From a virus, in the IMG/VR virus record IMGVR_UViG_3300010397_000043, positions 23,529 through 87,528 of that record: a DNA stretch of 64,000 bases; one strand, 5' to 3'. Position numbers and translations under genes: made by a program. The first letter of the stretch is position 1. Every line of letters starts with the position of its first letter. The notes under the pieces are model-generated. The model did not search any database and was not told the DNA's origin. It was given only the letters and a program-made list of their open reading frames with translations. Below, piece by piece: positions 9,832-18,886 of the stretch.

Positions 9832-10155
9832 ATGCGCACCCCGTACACACCCTGTGCAGCCGACCCCATGCCCTGCCGACTCGGCGCGCTGCGCACCCCG
9901 CCAGCGCGGCCCACTGCCAAGCAAGTCGAAGCGCACGCGAATTTGCAATTCGAGTTAGCCGACTGGCAATACACCCCGTATACGCTGGCACGCTTCGACA
10001 GCTTCGACTGGCGCGGCGAACTCGAAAGCGAAATCGGCGCCGACGACTGGCCCGCACCCGAAGCGCCACACCAGGGCCGCACACCCCCGCGCTTCGACAA
10101 CGCCGACGAAAGCTTCGCGACATGGGCTGGCATCGATGCCAGCCACGACGAGTAA
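9832..10155 (+). CDS. Hypothetical acidic pre-early protein
   Basis: GAAAGGCACACC-ATG; followed by a terminator. Confidence 0.65.
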   Translation: MRTPYTPCAADPMPCRLGALRTPPARPTAKQVEAHANLQFELADWQYTPYTLARFDSFDWRGELESEIGADDWPAPEAPHQGRTPPRFDNADESFATWAGIDASHDE

Positions 10156-10174
10156 AGCCCCCACGCACCCCCTT

Positions 10175-10213
10175 ACGCCCCGACAGGCATACCCTGTCGG
10201 GGCGTTTTGCTTT
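10175..10213 (+). terminator. Rho-independent terminator
   Basis: ACGCCCCGACAGG-CATAC-CCTGTCGGGGCGT-TTTGCTTT. Confidence 0.85.
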
Positions 10214-10241
10214 GTGCTGCAAGTTTTGCCGGTAGAGTTTC

Positions 10242-10430
10242 GTGCAGAAATCGGTGCAGTAAAGAATTCTTTGCAGAAAATCTTGCAGAAATTGTAGATT
10301 TTGCAGAAAATCTTGCAGAAATTTTTTCTGCAAAGAATTCTTGAAAAAATCTCTGTAAAAATTTCTTGCATGAGTTCTGCTGGGTACCGGGAATTCTGCA
10401 ATCCTCTTAAGAGATTTTCAGAAACTTTTC
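10242..10430. repeat. AT-rich cluster of TGCAGAAA/TTCTGCA short repeats
   Basis: Many copies in both orientations, e.g. TTTGCAGAAAATCTTGCAGAAATT twice. Confidence 0.8.
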
Positions 10431-10828
10431 GTCAGAGATCCCGGCAGACCCTATAGGGCCGACTTTGCGAAACTCTATTTCGCTAAAGGCCAAACCCTGC
10501 AGAAATGGCGCTCGCCCTGGGCGCTTCGCAGGGCCCGATTTGTAACAATCGACCGATTTAAACGCCCTAGGCGCGATTTAAACGGGGTGGGGTGCCACTA
10601 CCCCCTTAGCCATGCCCGAAAAACGCCCATGGGGCCCGATTTAGGGCCTTGGCGCGGCATCGGCCTATGTGCCCGACCCCCTACCCCGCAAATAGGGCCC
10701 AAAACGGCCCTAGGCATGAGGGTTCGCCCGCAGGCATGAAAAAACCCCTGGTGGCCGAGGCCAGCCAGGGGCAAACTCACACGAAAGGTGCCGACACTCC
10801 TGCAGCGGTCGGCGGGCTGCAAACTTCC

Positions 10829-11407
10829 CTATCGGCTGTGTAGAGCCCTATCGCCATTCTGGGGCCCTATCGGCTTCCCATTCTCTTTTCGAGGGCCCCA
10901 TTCCTCGACAAGGTCCCCGCCAAGCACGTAGGGCTTGAGGCCAGACTGCCAAGGCCATGCGACGTAGCTGAAACTGCGTTTGGTGTTGAGCACCCAACCA
11001 TGCACCCGCCAGATGGGACAGGTGACGCAGCGCACGGCACCGCGTGCCACATGAAAGCCACCGAGTGTGAAGTAGCTGAAATTTCGCAGCACCTTAAACT
11101 CCGCCTCGCCGAACTTCAGCGGCTTGCGATTCACCCACAGCCACGCGACACCTTCGTACTCCCATTCGCGGTCGATGAGTATGCGGCCCTGTTCGCACAG
11201 AACGTTGAACTTGTCGAGCGCCTCGCCATGCTCTTGCTCAAGGCGGTGGTGGTACTCGACGTCCTTGTTCAGGCGGGCCACCACACGCTGCATCGCCCGC
11301 AACTCAGGCTTGGTGATGTAGACGAAGTAGTGGGCCGAGCCTTTGTCTGTATTCAAGCAGCGGTCGAACATTTCACGCAGCGGCTTCCCGATCTCGAGCT
11401 TGCTCAT
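10829..11407 (-). CDS. Hypothetical protein
   Basis: AAGGAG RBS; last gene of the minus-strand early block. Confidence 0.7.
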   Translation of the reverse strand: MSKLEIGKPLREMFDRCLNTDKGSAHYFVYITKPELRAMQRVVARLNKDVEYHHRLEQEHGEALDKFNVLCEQGRILIDREWEYEGVAWLWVNRKPLKFGEAEFKVLRNFSYFTLGGFHVARGAVRCVTCPIWRVHGWVLNTKRSFSYVAWPWQSGLKPYVLGGDLVEEWGPRKENGKPIGPQNGDRALHSR

Positions 11408-11419
11408 GGTGGTTGCTCC

Positions 11420-11620
11420 TTACTTGCCGTAGGACACACGAAGCCACACATCCCCGTGGATTTCGGGGTCGGCCTTAAAGACGACGGTGCTGAAACCTGC
11501 GCGCTTGAGGTCACCCGGCATATTGCGGTCACCCCAACGCCGGGCCTGCGCTACCGTCATGCGCACAGGCAGGCAACCCGCCACGCCGACACGCACCTCA
11601 TATTGCGGTTCTTGTTTCAT
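11420..11620 (-). CDS. Hypothetical protein
   Basis: AGGAG RBS before MKQEPQY. Confidence 0.7.
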   Translation of the reverse strand: MKQEPQYEVRVGVAGCLPVRMTVAQARRWGDRNMPGDLKRAGFSTVVFKADPEIHGDVWLRVSYGK

Positions 11621-11631
11621 GGCGGTTGCTC

Positions 11632-12045
11632 CTACTTGCGAAGTTGGCGCACATTCAGCGCCAGTTGCACACGCACGTCCTGCGCAGCGCGCAGACAACT
11701 CGGGCAGGTTCGCTCCTCGGGGAAAAGCAGGCCGAGCACCTTGCGATTCCACGTAATGCGCTTGCAGCTTGGGCAGGCCAAGACAACATCGGGCAGGTTG
11801 AGCATGGCGAGCACGGGCCGGTCGAGGTCTGCCTCACTGCACTGCGGCAATTCCTTGCCCAGGTTGCACACCATGCCGCCCGCAGGCATGTTGAGGTCCG
11901 TATCGAGCAGCACCTTCACGAAATCGTGCCGGTAGAACTTCGGGTGCCACTGAATGTGGACTTTGGCCCCGGCGACTTCATATGCCGCACGCAGCCAGAA
12001 GTCCCCGCCCGGCTGGTCGCGCTCGAACAGTTCGAGTGCATTCAT
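11632..12045 (-). CDS. Hypothetical Zn-finger protein
   Basis: GAGGAG RBS before MNALELF; CPSC...CPSC. Confidence 0.7.
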   Translation of the reverse strand: MNALELFERDQPGGDFWLRAAYEVAGAKVHIQWHPKFYRHDFVKVLLDTDLNMPAGGMVCNLGKELPQCSEADLDRPVLAMLNLPDVVLACPSCKRITWNRKVLGLLFPEERTCPSCLRAAQDVRVQLALNVRQLRK

Positions 12046-12049
12046 GGCG

Positions 12050-12916
12050 TTACTCCTCGCCGGTAACGATAACGCGCATCTCGTAGCTGACTTGCGAAAG
12101 CGCAGCCGCGAGTTCACGGGTTTGGTAGCTCTCCATGCCGTTCGACATGAACCCGCCGTCAATGAACACTTCGTACTCCTCGTACATCGTCTCGATGCGC
12201 TGCCCCGTAATGCTCTTTCGCACGTCGAGCACTGAATGCTTGGCGACGCAAACCACGCACTCCTGCAAGTCTGGGTTCATGACAACCGCACGAACGATGA
12301 CTTCCCGCTTTGGCAGCGCAGCGCCGAACTTCACATCGCAGCGGGCCTTCACCTCGTCGGCGATGCCCTGCGCTATGCCGTCGTCGAAAGCGGCCCAACA
12401 CTCATCGGCGTCGTCGCGGCTGTTGAACTCGTGTGCCGTGAACTCGAATGGCGTGAAGCTGCGGTCGCACTCTTCGCTGGCATTCGCGCTGTCAATTACG
12501 AATTCTTCGACGGCTTCCCTGTCACGCAGATCGTAGGCACTCCCATCGGCGTAGCTGGTGACACATTCGCCGATGACGGGGATGTCCTGCCCCGACGCCA
12601 TGTTGCGACCGCGCGTGTACCCGCGCAGCCGGCACTCTTCGTAGTAGGCCTGCTGTTCAGCAGTGGGCCCACACGGCACCGTCCCCCACCCCCCGCTCTC
12701 GTCGCTGTTCTCGTACGTCCCGTCGTCTGCCAACTCGTCTTCGAAGCGCACGGTCACCTTGTCGTCGAAAATCAGGCCGAACGTCTCAGCGAGTTGCTTG
12801 CGAATGCTTTCAAGGTGGTCGCGGTCTTGGTACTCGAATTCCTCGAAATCAACCGTCGCGCTCAGGGCGTTAATGCCAGTCGTGGGGTCGCCCCGGCCAT
12901 TGATGTAAACCTTCAT
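12050..12916 (-). CDS. Hypothetical acidic protein
   Basis: AACCACACGAAGGAG leader; 288 aa. Confidence 0.75.
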   Translation of the reverse strand: MKVYINGRGDPTTGINALSATVDFEEFEYQDRDHLESIRKQLAETFGLIFDDKVTVRFEDELADDGTYENSDESGGWGTVPCGPTAEQQAYYEECRLRGYTRGRNMASGQDIPVIGECVTSYADGSAYDLRDREAVEEFVIDSANASEECDRSFTPFEFTAHEFNSRDDADECWAAFDDGIAQGIADEVKARCDVKFGAALPKREVIVRAVVMNPDLQECVVCVAKHSVLDVRKSITGQRIETMYEEYEVFIDGGFMSNGMESYQTRELAAALSQVSYEMRVIVTGEE

Positions 12917-12949
12917 GGTGTAACTCCTTCGTGTGGTTGTGGGTTGAGC

Positions 12950-13648
12950 TCAGCAGCTACCATCGTCGTACTGAGTCGGGTCGATCTGGCACCGCGCGAA
13001 CTGCGTGGCAAAACTGTCGTGCTCTTCGGGCTTTAAGCTCTCGTGCCACTTCACGAGGTCCTCGCCGTACACCACGACGTACAGCACGTCGCCGTACCCG
13101 GTGAGGTTGCCGTTCTCGGCGAACTTCGCAATCTCGCAGTCACCCGCGAGCGTCGGCGCATCGGTGGGTGCATGCGCGCTTTCGCTACTCAGCAGCCCGT
13201 GCCAGTCGGCGGCGAGCTTCTGGGCCGCAGCCATCGCAGCTTCTGCCGTGTCGAAGTCTTGTTCGTAGGTAACGCCAGTGTCGCCACTCTGCACGTGCCA
13301 CTTGTCGAGCCGCAGCACTTTCGCGCTGGCCGGGTCGTAGAACCAGCCGTTCTGGCGCACCCGCCAGAATTCGTGCGCAACTTGCTCCTTCGTGAGTTCA
13401 AGCTCGGGGCTGTGCTCGAAACCCTTCTGGTCGATAAGCGCCGCGACCGCGTTGCGCAAGTCTTCGAGCGAGTCGGGTGACTTGCAGAACGGCAACAGGT
13501 CCTCGACATACCGTGGGGCCATTTCTTCGAGGTAGTACCGCAACCCCCGCATGTCATACATGAGGTTGGGCTTCACCTTGCCCGAATCGATATCCGCTTG
13601 CAGCTTCGTGCGGGCAGCGCGAATGCTCTCGATTTCGTTTGCGTTCAT
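12950..13648 (-). CDS. Hypothetical protein
   Basis: AACCACACGAAGGAG leader before MNANEIE. Confidence 0.75.
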   Translation of the reverse strand: MNANEIESIRAARTKLQADIDSGKVKPNLMYDMRGLRYYLEEMAPRYVEDLLPFCKSPDSLEDLRNAVAALIDQKGFEHSPELELTKEQVAHEFWRVRQNGWFYDPASAKVLRLDKWHVQSGDTGVTYEQDFDTAEAAMAAAQKLAADWHGLLSSESAHAPTDAPTLAGDCEIAKFAENGNLTGYGDVLYVVVYGEDLVKWHESLKPEEHDSFATQFARCQIDPTQYDDGSC

Positions 13649-13698
13649 GGCAATACTCCTTCGTGTGGTTGGGGGGGCCGAAGCCCCCGAGGTTGTTC

Positions 13699-14211
13699 TT
13701 ACGGCTTGGCAATCGTGCAATCGACGCGCGAACCCGGCTCGCCGGCGTAGTAGAGCACGGGCAGGTAATCGCCAATGACGAAGATCGCCGTGTGGTCGAT
13801 GTAGCTGCCGGTCGTGTGCAGAAAGTAGACCGCCCGCCCAGTCTCGTCGCGGCACTGCTCGGCGATGCCACTTACCGGGTTGTCGAAGAAGCCAGACTCG
13901 CACTTGTCGCGGACAACCGTAAACTCCCACTCATTGTCGAATTCCCCTTCGTATGGGGTCTTGTACATACATGCCTGCGGGTCGTCGTGCCGCACGTAGT
14001 ACGCCACTGGGGCTTCATCGAGTTGCATGGCGAGCGCCTCGATGGTTTCGGTTCTGTAGTAGTCGAGTTCTGGCAGCAACTTCTCGGGCTCGTCGATGGC
14101 GCGTTGCTTGTCGCGCTCGAATGCCTCGACAGACTCATAGTCGGCAGCATCGAGCCCGACCATGAGGTCCTGCGCCAACTGGCTGAGCGCGAACTTCGTA
14201 TGTGACTTCAT
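13699..14211 (-). CDS. Hypothetical protein
   Basis: AACCACACGAAAGGTAG leader. Confidence 0.75.
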   Translation of the reverse strand: MKSHTKFALSQLAQDLMVGLDAADYESVEAFERDKQRAIDEPEKLLPELDYYRTETIEALAMQLDEAPVAYYVRHDDPQACMYKTPYEGEFDNEWEFTVVRDKCESGFFDNPVSGIAEQCRDETGRAVYFLHTTGSYIDHTAIFVIGDYLPVLYYAGEPGSRVDCTIAKP

Positions 14212-14236
14212 GTTCTACCTTTCGTGTGGTTAAGGG

Positions 14237-14512
14237 TTAGCGCGGTATGAAGCTGAACGCTTGGCAGATTGCGTAGTTAGAATTCGGGTCGTGAATTCGG
14301 GTACACGGGACAACCGTGCCGTCGTTGAGCGTGACCTCGATGGCGTCGTACTTGACTGGCATACCAGCCATGTCGTAACCATCGAACACGCCGATGACTT
14401 CCATTTTGCCGAGTGGTGTGTCGGGCGCATCGAAACACGCGACAGTGCCACCCTCGCACTCGAAAGTGAGCGTTGGCAACAGACGTGCCTTCGGGAACGG
14501 TGTTTTGAACAT
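14237..14512 (-). CDS. Hypothetical protein
   Basis: AACCACACGAAAGGTAG leader before MFKTPF. Confidence 0.7.
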   Translation of the reverse strand: MFKTPFPKARLLPTLTFECEGGTVACFDAPDTPLGKMEVIGVFDGYDMAGMPVKYDAIEVTLNDGTVVPCTRIHDPNSNYAICQAFSFIPR

Positions 14513-14577
14513 GACTTCTACCTTTCGTGTGGTTTGCGCCCCCACGCGACCATGCGCAGGGGCACCCGTAATGTGAA

Positions 14578-14934
14578 TTACAAGGCTTCGTTCCCCAGGG
14601 CTTGCCGACGAACGGCGAAGTCCCGCAGCGCCTGGGCGTTGCGCAGCAGCCACTCGATGAAGTCTGGGCTCTCGACCAGCAGCAACGCGAAGTCGATGTC
14701 TACGATTGGCACGACGTCACCTTCGCCGCCCGGGTGGGCCATCGATAGCCAAATGTTCTCGCTTTGGTCTTGCCAGCACTGCACCGGGACGTCATCGATT
14801 TCGGTTTCGAGGTTCAGGTTTGGTGTGCGCTCCCCCGTAGCCGCGTTCACGCGCTCGCCAGTGTCGTCGTCGATCCAGAAGTTGTCGGGGTCGAACGGGT
14901 CAGGCGAGCCAGACCAAGTTTGCTCTGCGTTCAC
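14578..14934 (-). CDS. Hypothetical acidic protein
   Basis: AACCACACGAAGGAG leader; GTG start. Confidence 0.65.
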   Translation of the reverse strand: MNAEQTWSGSPDPFDPDNFWIDDDTGERVNAATGERTPNLNLETEIDDVPVQCWQDQSENIWLSMAHPGGEGDVVPIVDIDFALLLVESPDFIEWLLRNAQALRDFAVRRQALGNEAL

Positions 14935-15046
14935 GTTCACTCTCCTTCGTGTGGTTGGGTCTGCTCGTACAGCTTGGCGAAGTAGTCTGCGACGGGGTCT
15001 GGCACGAGCAGGCCGATTACGAACCCGAGCAGCACGACGATGGCTT

Positions 15047-15691
15047 TCATGCACGACTCCTCTTGTGGGCGGTTTTCTTGGCCGGCGTCGGCGTGTGCAG
15101 TTGGGCACGCACAACCTCAGGCGAGCACACGAAACCCTTGCCGTCGTACCGCCGCCGAATCTTTACCGAATTCTTCGACCGGCCAGGGGCCACACCGACG
15201 ACCTCATACACCTTGTCGTGCAGCACGATTTCTGCGCCGTACCACTCTGGTTCGAGCCCGATGGCCGGCGCCCACCTCTCGAAGTCGTCGCGGGCCTGCG
15301 TCGCCAGCGCGCCAGGGTCGGCCACCTTGACCTGCAACTTGAACGTGGCCTGGAGGTCATCGAACGTCGCACCCCCGCACGAAATGGTCACCTTGTGCTT
15401 GGCCCCAACTGCGGCCAGGGCAGCGTCGATATCTGTACGAAGCTGGCGAAGAACATCGCGGTCGATTCGGTTGGTGGTCATGGTGGTAACTCCGGTTGTC
15501 AGGTCGAGTCGGTAGGTGGTGGTCGGGCGCTGCGCGTTGTTGGCCTTGCTCTTGCAGCAGGGGCCAATGTCTCGCCCGTAGGGGTGCGCGTCGCTAGGCT
15601 CTTCGTACAGCAAGTCCTGTATGCGCACCCAGCCTCTGCAAATGTGGCAGTGCTGCCACTGCACGCCGTTCTCGTCGATTACGCCGCTCAT
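15047..15691 (-). CDS. Hypothetical protein with N-terminal CxxC module and a second in-frame start at 15481
   Basis: AAGGAG RBS at the first ATG and GGAG before MTTNRID. Confidence 0.7.
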   Translation of the reverse strand: MSGVIDENGVQWQHCHICRGWVRIQDLLYEEPSDAHPYGRDIGPCCKSKANNAQRPTTTYRLDLTTGVTTMTTNRIDRDVLRQLRTDIDAALAAVGAKHKVTISCGGATFDDLQATFKLQVKVADPGALATQARDDFERWAPAIGLEPEWYGAEIVLHDKVYEVVGVAPGRSKNSVKIRRRYDGKGFVCSPEVVRAQLHTPTPAKKTAHKRSRA

Positions 15692-15762
15692 GGTGGTTGC
15701 TCCTTAGTCGTCGTTGTCTACCCATCGGGCGACCGGGCCAAGCTCTTGGCAAAGCTTCATAT

Positions 15763-16065
15763 TCACTCTCCTTCGACAGGGCCAAGGTCGATGCCGAGCA
15801 ACGACTTGTGCAGCGGGTCGCTCTTAAACTCCTCGACCGAAGCAAACGGGCCGATGTAGTCGTTCTGCACGTCCCATTCGCCACCGCCCATGTAGCAAAA
15901 GTCCACGGCGACGAACTCCCCTGGTTTCTCTTCGTCGGCGAACAAGATGCCAAACCAGTCTTTGGCCTTGCGCACTGCGAGCGCCTTATCGAGCGTAAAG
16001 TCCTCGCGAAAGCCGTAACCCTCGAACGCATCGCGCACGCCAGCCGGTATGTTCAGCTTTGCCAT
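15763..16065 (-). CDS. Hypothetical protein
   Basis: AAGGAG RBS before MAKLNIP. Confidence 0.7.
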   Translation of the reverse strand: MAKLNIPAGVRDAFEGYGFREDFTLDKALAVRKAKDWFGILFADEEKPGEFVAVDFCYMGGGEWDVQNDYIGPFASVEEFKSDPLHKSLLGIDLGPVEGE

Positions 16066-16280
16066 GTTCACTCTCCTTTGCAGCACTCAACCTGCGCCAA
16101 ACTCAACGGGTACACCTCTGTTTCTGTACACACCCAATTTGGCGAACAGGTTTCATGCACAAGCCGGCGAGCATAGCCCTGCCGGCGCCAGTGGTTCAGG
16201 CTCTCGACAGCCTGCGCTTTGTCTGCCCAAGTGCTAAGTCGAATCATCTTTTGCCACGACGGCATACACGTAAACGGTTT

Positions 16281-16715
16281 TCATGCTTGGCCTCGCTTCG
16301 CCTTGAGTTGGGGGGCATCGGGCATCGCGCCCGGGGTGGGGCTATGCCGCTCGAAACGCCACGCGGGGCCCGCTTGCGGGGCGTAGGTGGGGGGCAGGGG
16401 TGCCCCGCGCGCTTTGCGGGCCTTGGCAGGGCGCGCAGGGGCCTTGGCAGGGGCAGGGCGGGGGGTGTACCCCTCGCCCCCTGCGCCACGCAATACGCGC
16501 GACGCACGCGAGCGCGGCGCGCACCCTTCGAGGGCCGCAAGGTTCAGCGGGCCGGTGGGGGGTTGCACCTCGCGCTTCTGCACTTCGACCAATTCGCCTT
16601 CGACTTCTTCGACGGCCAAAGTCACGATGGTCGTGCTGGTGTGGTTGTACACAACGCAGGGCCCGCTCTGCTGTTGGGCCTTGCGCCACGACGGGGCAAT
16701 TTTTCTGTTGCTCAT
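16281..16715 (-). CDS. Hypothetical protein with Pro/Arg-rich C-terminus
   Basis: AAGGAG RBS. Confidence 0.6.
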   Translation of the reverse strand: MSNRKIAPSWRKAQQQSGPCVVYNHTSTTIVTLAVEEVEGELVEVQKREVQPPTGPLNLAALEGCAPRSRASRVLRGAGGEGYTPRPAPAKAPARPAKARKARGAPLPPTYAPQAGPAWRFERHSPTPGAMPDAPQLKAKRGQA

Positions 16716-16728
16716 TGGTCGGTACTCC

Positions 16729-16986
16729 TTACAGGCACTGCAGCAGGTTGCGGTAAAACTCAGCGAACAAAACCGAGGTCTTCGGCTTCGGGCCTTCGCA
16801 TGCGAACACTTGCGCGTAGTCGTCGGCAGGCATCGCGACGAGTTCTGCTTCGATGGCGTCGAGTTCTCGCCCGGTAAAGCCGACCGTTACGCGCTCGAAT
16901 GCGCCTTGCGCTTCGTTGCGGTCGTAATCGCACTCCACCAGCGTGTCGCCGCACAGTTGCAAAATCTTGGCGTACTTCATGTTCAT
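16729..16986 (-). CDS. Hypothetical protein
   Basis: AAGGAG RBS. Confidence 0.7.
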   Translation of the reverse strand: MNMKYAKILQLCGDTLVECDYDRNEAQGAFERVTVGFTGRELDAIEAELVAMPADDYAQVFACEGPKPKTSVLFAEFYRNLLQCL

Positions 16987-16997
16987 GGCGATGCTCC

Positions 16998-17327
16998 TTA
17001 GCGGCTAAAGTTCACGACGGCGACCATTTGTGCGCGCCCCTCGGGCGTGCGCCACATGGCAACGATGGCGGCGTAGTCCTCTTGGCTCAGGCCCTGGTAG
17101 CACGCGCCCGACCACGCGGGGTCCATGCGGTCAGCATCGATGCAAAGCTCTGCGATGCCTTCTTGGTCGGGCTCGGCGAGGCCGAGTGCTTCGAGGCCTT
17201 CGTACAGGTCTGGCGCAATGGCGCAGTACACGTGGTATGCCGCCTCGTACCACTTCTCGAGCAAGGTCTGTGGCCTTTCGAGCCGAACCGGCTTCTTGGC
17301 AGGCAGCTTTCGCTTGGCGATGCTCAT
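16998..17327 (-). CDS. Hypothetical protein
   Basis: AAGGAG RBS before MSIAKRK. Confidence 0.7.
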   Translation of the reverse strand: MSIAKRKLPAKKPVRLERPQTLLEKWYEAAYHVYCAIAPDLYEGLEALGLAEPDQEGIAELCIDADRMDPAWSGACYQGLSQEDYAAIVAMWRTPEGRAQMVAVVNFSR

Positions 17328-17329
17328 GG

Positions 17330-17530
17330 TCAGGCTCCTTGCTCTTCGACGATGCGTGCGGCACCCGGGCCGTACACGTCTACGTTGCGGTCGTCCTCTG
17401 CCAGTCTGGCGTCGAGGTATGCCTGGGCTTGCGCACGGGTGTCGAAACGCCGAGCGCCGAAGCGGGGGGTCCGCCACACGCGCCGCGTGCCCGCAGCGTT
17501 GGCGTTGCGAAACTGAATTACGAACTTCAT
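17330..17530 (-). CDS. Hypothetical protein
   Basis: Tight operonic packing. Confidence 0.6.
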   Translation of the reverse strand: MKFVIQFRNANAAGTRRVWRTPRFGARRFDTRAQAQAYLDARLAEDDRNVDVYGPGAARIVEEQGA

Positions 17531-17532
17531 GG

Positions 17533-17922
17533 TCAGGCCCCTTCGCGCTTGGTGTAGGTGCCGACTGCACTCGTGGGTTCTTCGGCGGTGGCGGCAGCGG
17601 GTGCCTCAGCCGGCAAGTCGATACGCACGAACCCCGCGCGCAGCATGTCGTGCCACATGCGGCGCGCATCGGCGACAGCGAACACGCCGTTGGGTTCATC
17701 CTCACACCGCCAGTTGGTCGCGCGAATGCGCACCCATTCGGGGTGGCCCTTCACGTGCTCGAAGGTGGCCGACACTGCCCACCACTCGCTCTGGTATTCG
17801 AGCCGCCAAGCGGGCCCGTCGTCGAGTTGCACTTCTGGCGAGTACAAGTTCACCGCCTCGCGCATCGTGTGCGCGTACTGCCGCACTAGCGCGCTGGCCT
17901 TTTGGTGGCCTTCTGTTCTCAT
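17533..17922 (-). CDS. Hypothetical protein (first gene of early block)
   Basis: CACACGAAAGGCAGG leader before MRTEGHQ. Confidence 0.65.
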   Translation of the reverse strand: MRTEGHQKASALVRQYAHTMREAVNLYSPEVQLDDGPAWRLEYQSEWWAVSATFEHVKGHPEWVRIRATNWRCEDEPNGVFAVADARRMWHDMLRAGFVRIDLPAEAPAAATAEEPTSAVGTYTKREGA

Positions 17923-18021
17923 GTTTGCCTGCCTTTCGTGTGTGCCGTGCGCACCGTGCGCGCGACACTCGAAGGGTACAACGGTTGTAATGTGACTAGC
18001 AACGCCCATGGGCGCGTGTCG

Positions 18022-18036
18022 ATTACCAGTGGTAAT
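18022..18036. repeat. ATTACC-N3-GGTAAT palindrome, copy 2
   Basis: ATTACCAGTGGTAAT upstream of the minus-strand early block. Confidence 0.9.
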
Positions 18037-18813
18037 TCCCGAACGCGGGTGGTAGCGTGGCCCGTGGCCCAGTGGGCTGTGCTCCGCCGTGGGCAAATTC
18101 AATTGCTCATGCGGCAGCAGCCCGGTGGGGCAGAGTAGGTGTAGGAAGTCAGGCTGCGAGAAGTCCGCCGGGAGGCTGGAGTTCTTGGCAGAGGGGCCGG
18201 CTCGCGCGTATGCGAGCGGGCAGGAGGATGCGTAAAATCCGGCCTCGGCGAAAAGCCTAGGAATGTCTTAAGAGATTTTCTGCGGCTTTGGGGCTTGGGA
18301 GCCACCGGCCTCAGTAGGCCTTTGGCGGGTTGGACGTAGAACGAGCACTCTCAACACACGTTCGACGCCAACCCCGCTACTCAGCTCGTCAGGTACTGCG
18401 CTTCACAACGCAGGGTCCGCCAGTCGTTGCTTGGACGCTTCGTGGACCAACGACTCGGGACGAACCTTGTGGAGCTACCTATCACCGCTGCTGTGGACTG
18501 CCGGGGGCAACCACGCAAACCCCAAATCCACTTGCGGTGACCGGCATGCAGGCTCCACTTACCTGACGCACCCCGCCGTTGAACCCACCGGGGCTTGTCA
18601 CCACAACGACCGGTCAGTCGATGCGATGGGCCGAACTGTGCCACAACCCGCCGGGCTTTGCAAGACGTACCCGGCCCGCCCCGCAAACGGCCCGCCGGGG
18701 CCCTATCGCCATCCTATGCCCTATCGCCATCTTGAGAACCATTTCGATCCGCCCCGCCATTCCCCCGACCAGATGTATTGAATTGGTTAGTGTGGGCAAA
18801 ACCGGGGTGTTGA

Positions 18814-18886
18814 GTGGGTAGGGGTAGTGGGTATGGGGATGGGGGGCCCTTTAGGGGCCCTCCCATACCCACATACCCCTACCCAC
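18814..18886. repeat. Long imperfect inverted repeat (candidate replication origin hairpin)
   Basis: GTGGGTAGGGGTAGTGGGTATGGG...GGCCC-TTTA-GGGGCCC...CCCATACCCACATACCCCTACCCAC, just downstream of the primase gene. Confidence 0.75.

Noticed and set aside
9626-10401. Minus-strand ORFs with FLQDFLQ/FCKIFCK repeats
   Set aside because: Translation artefacts of the non-coding TGCAGAAA repeat cluster, with no RBS and antisense to better-supported genes.
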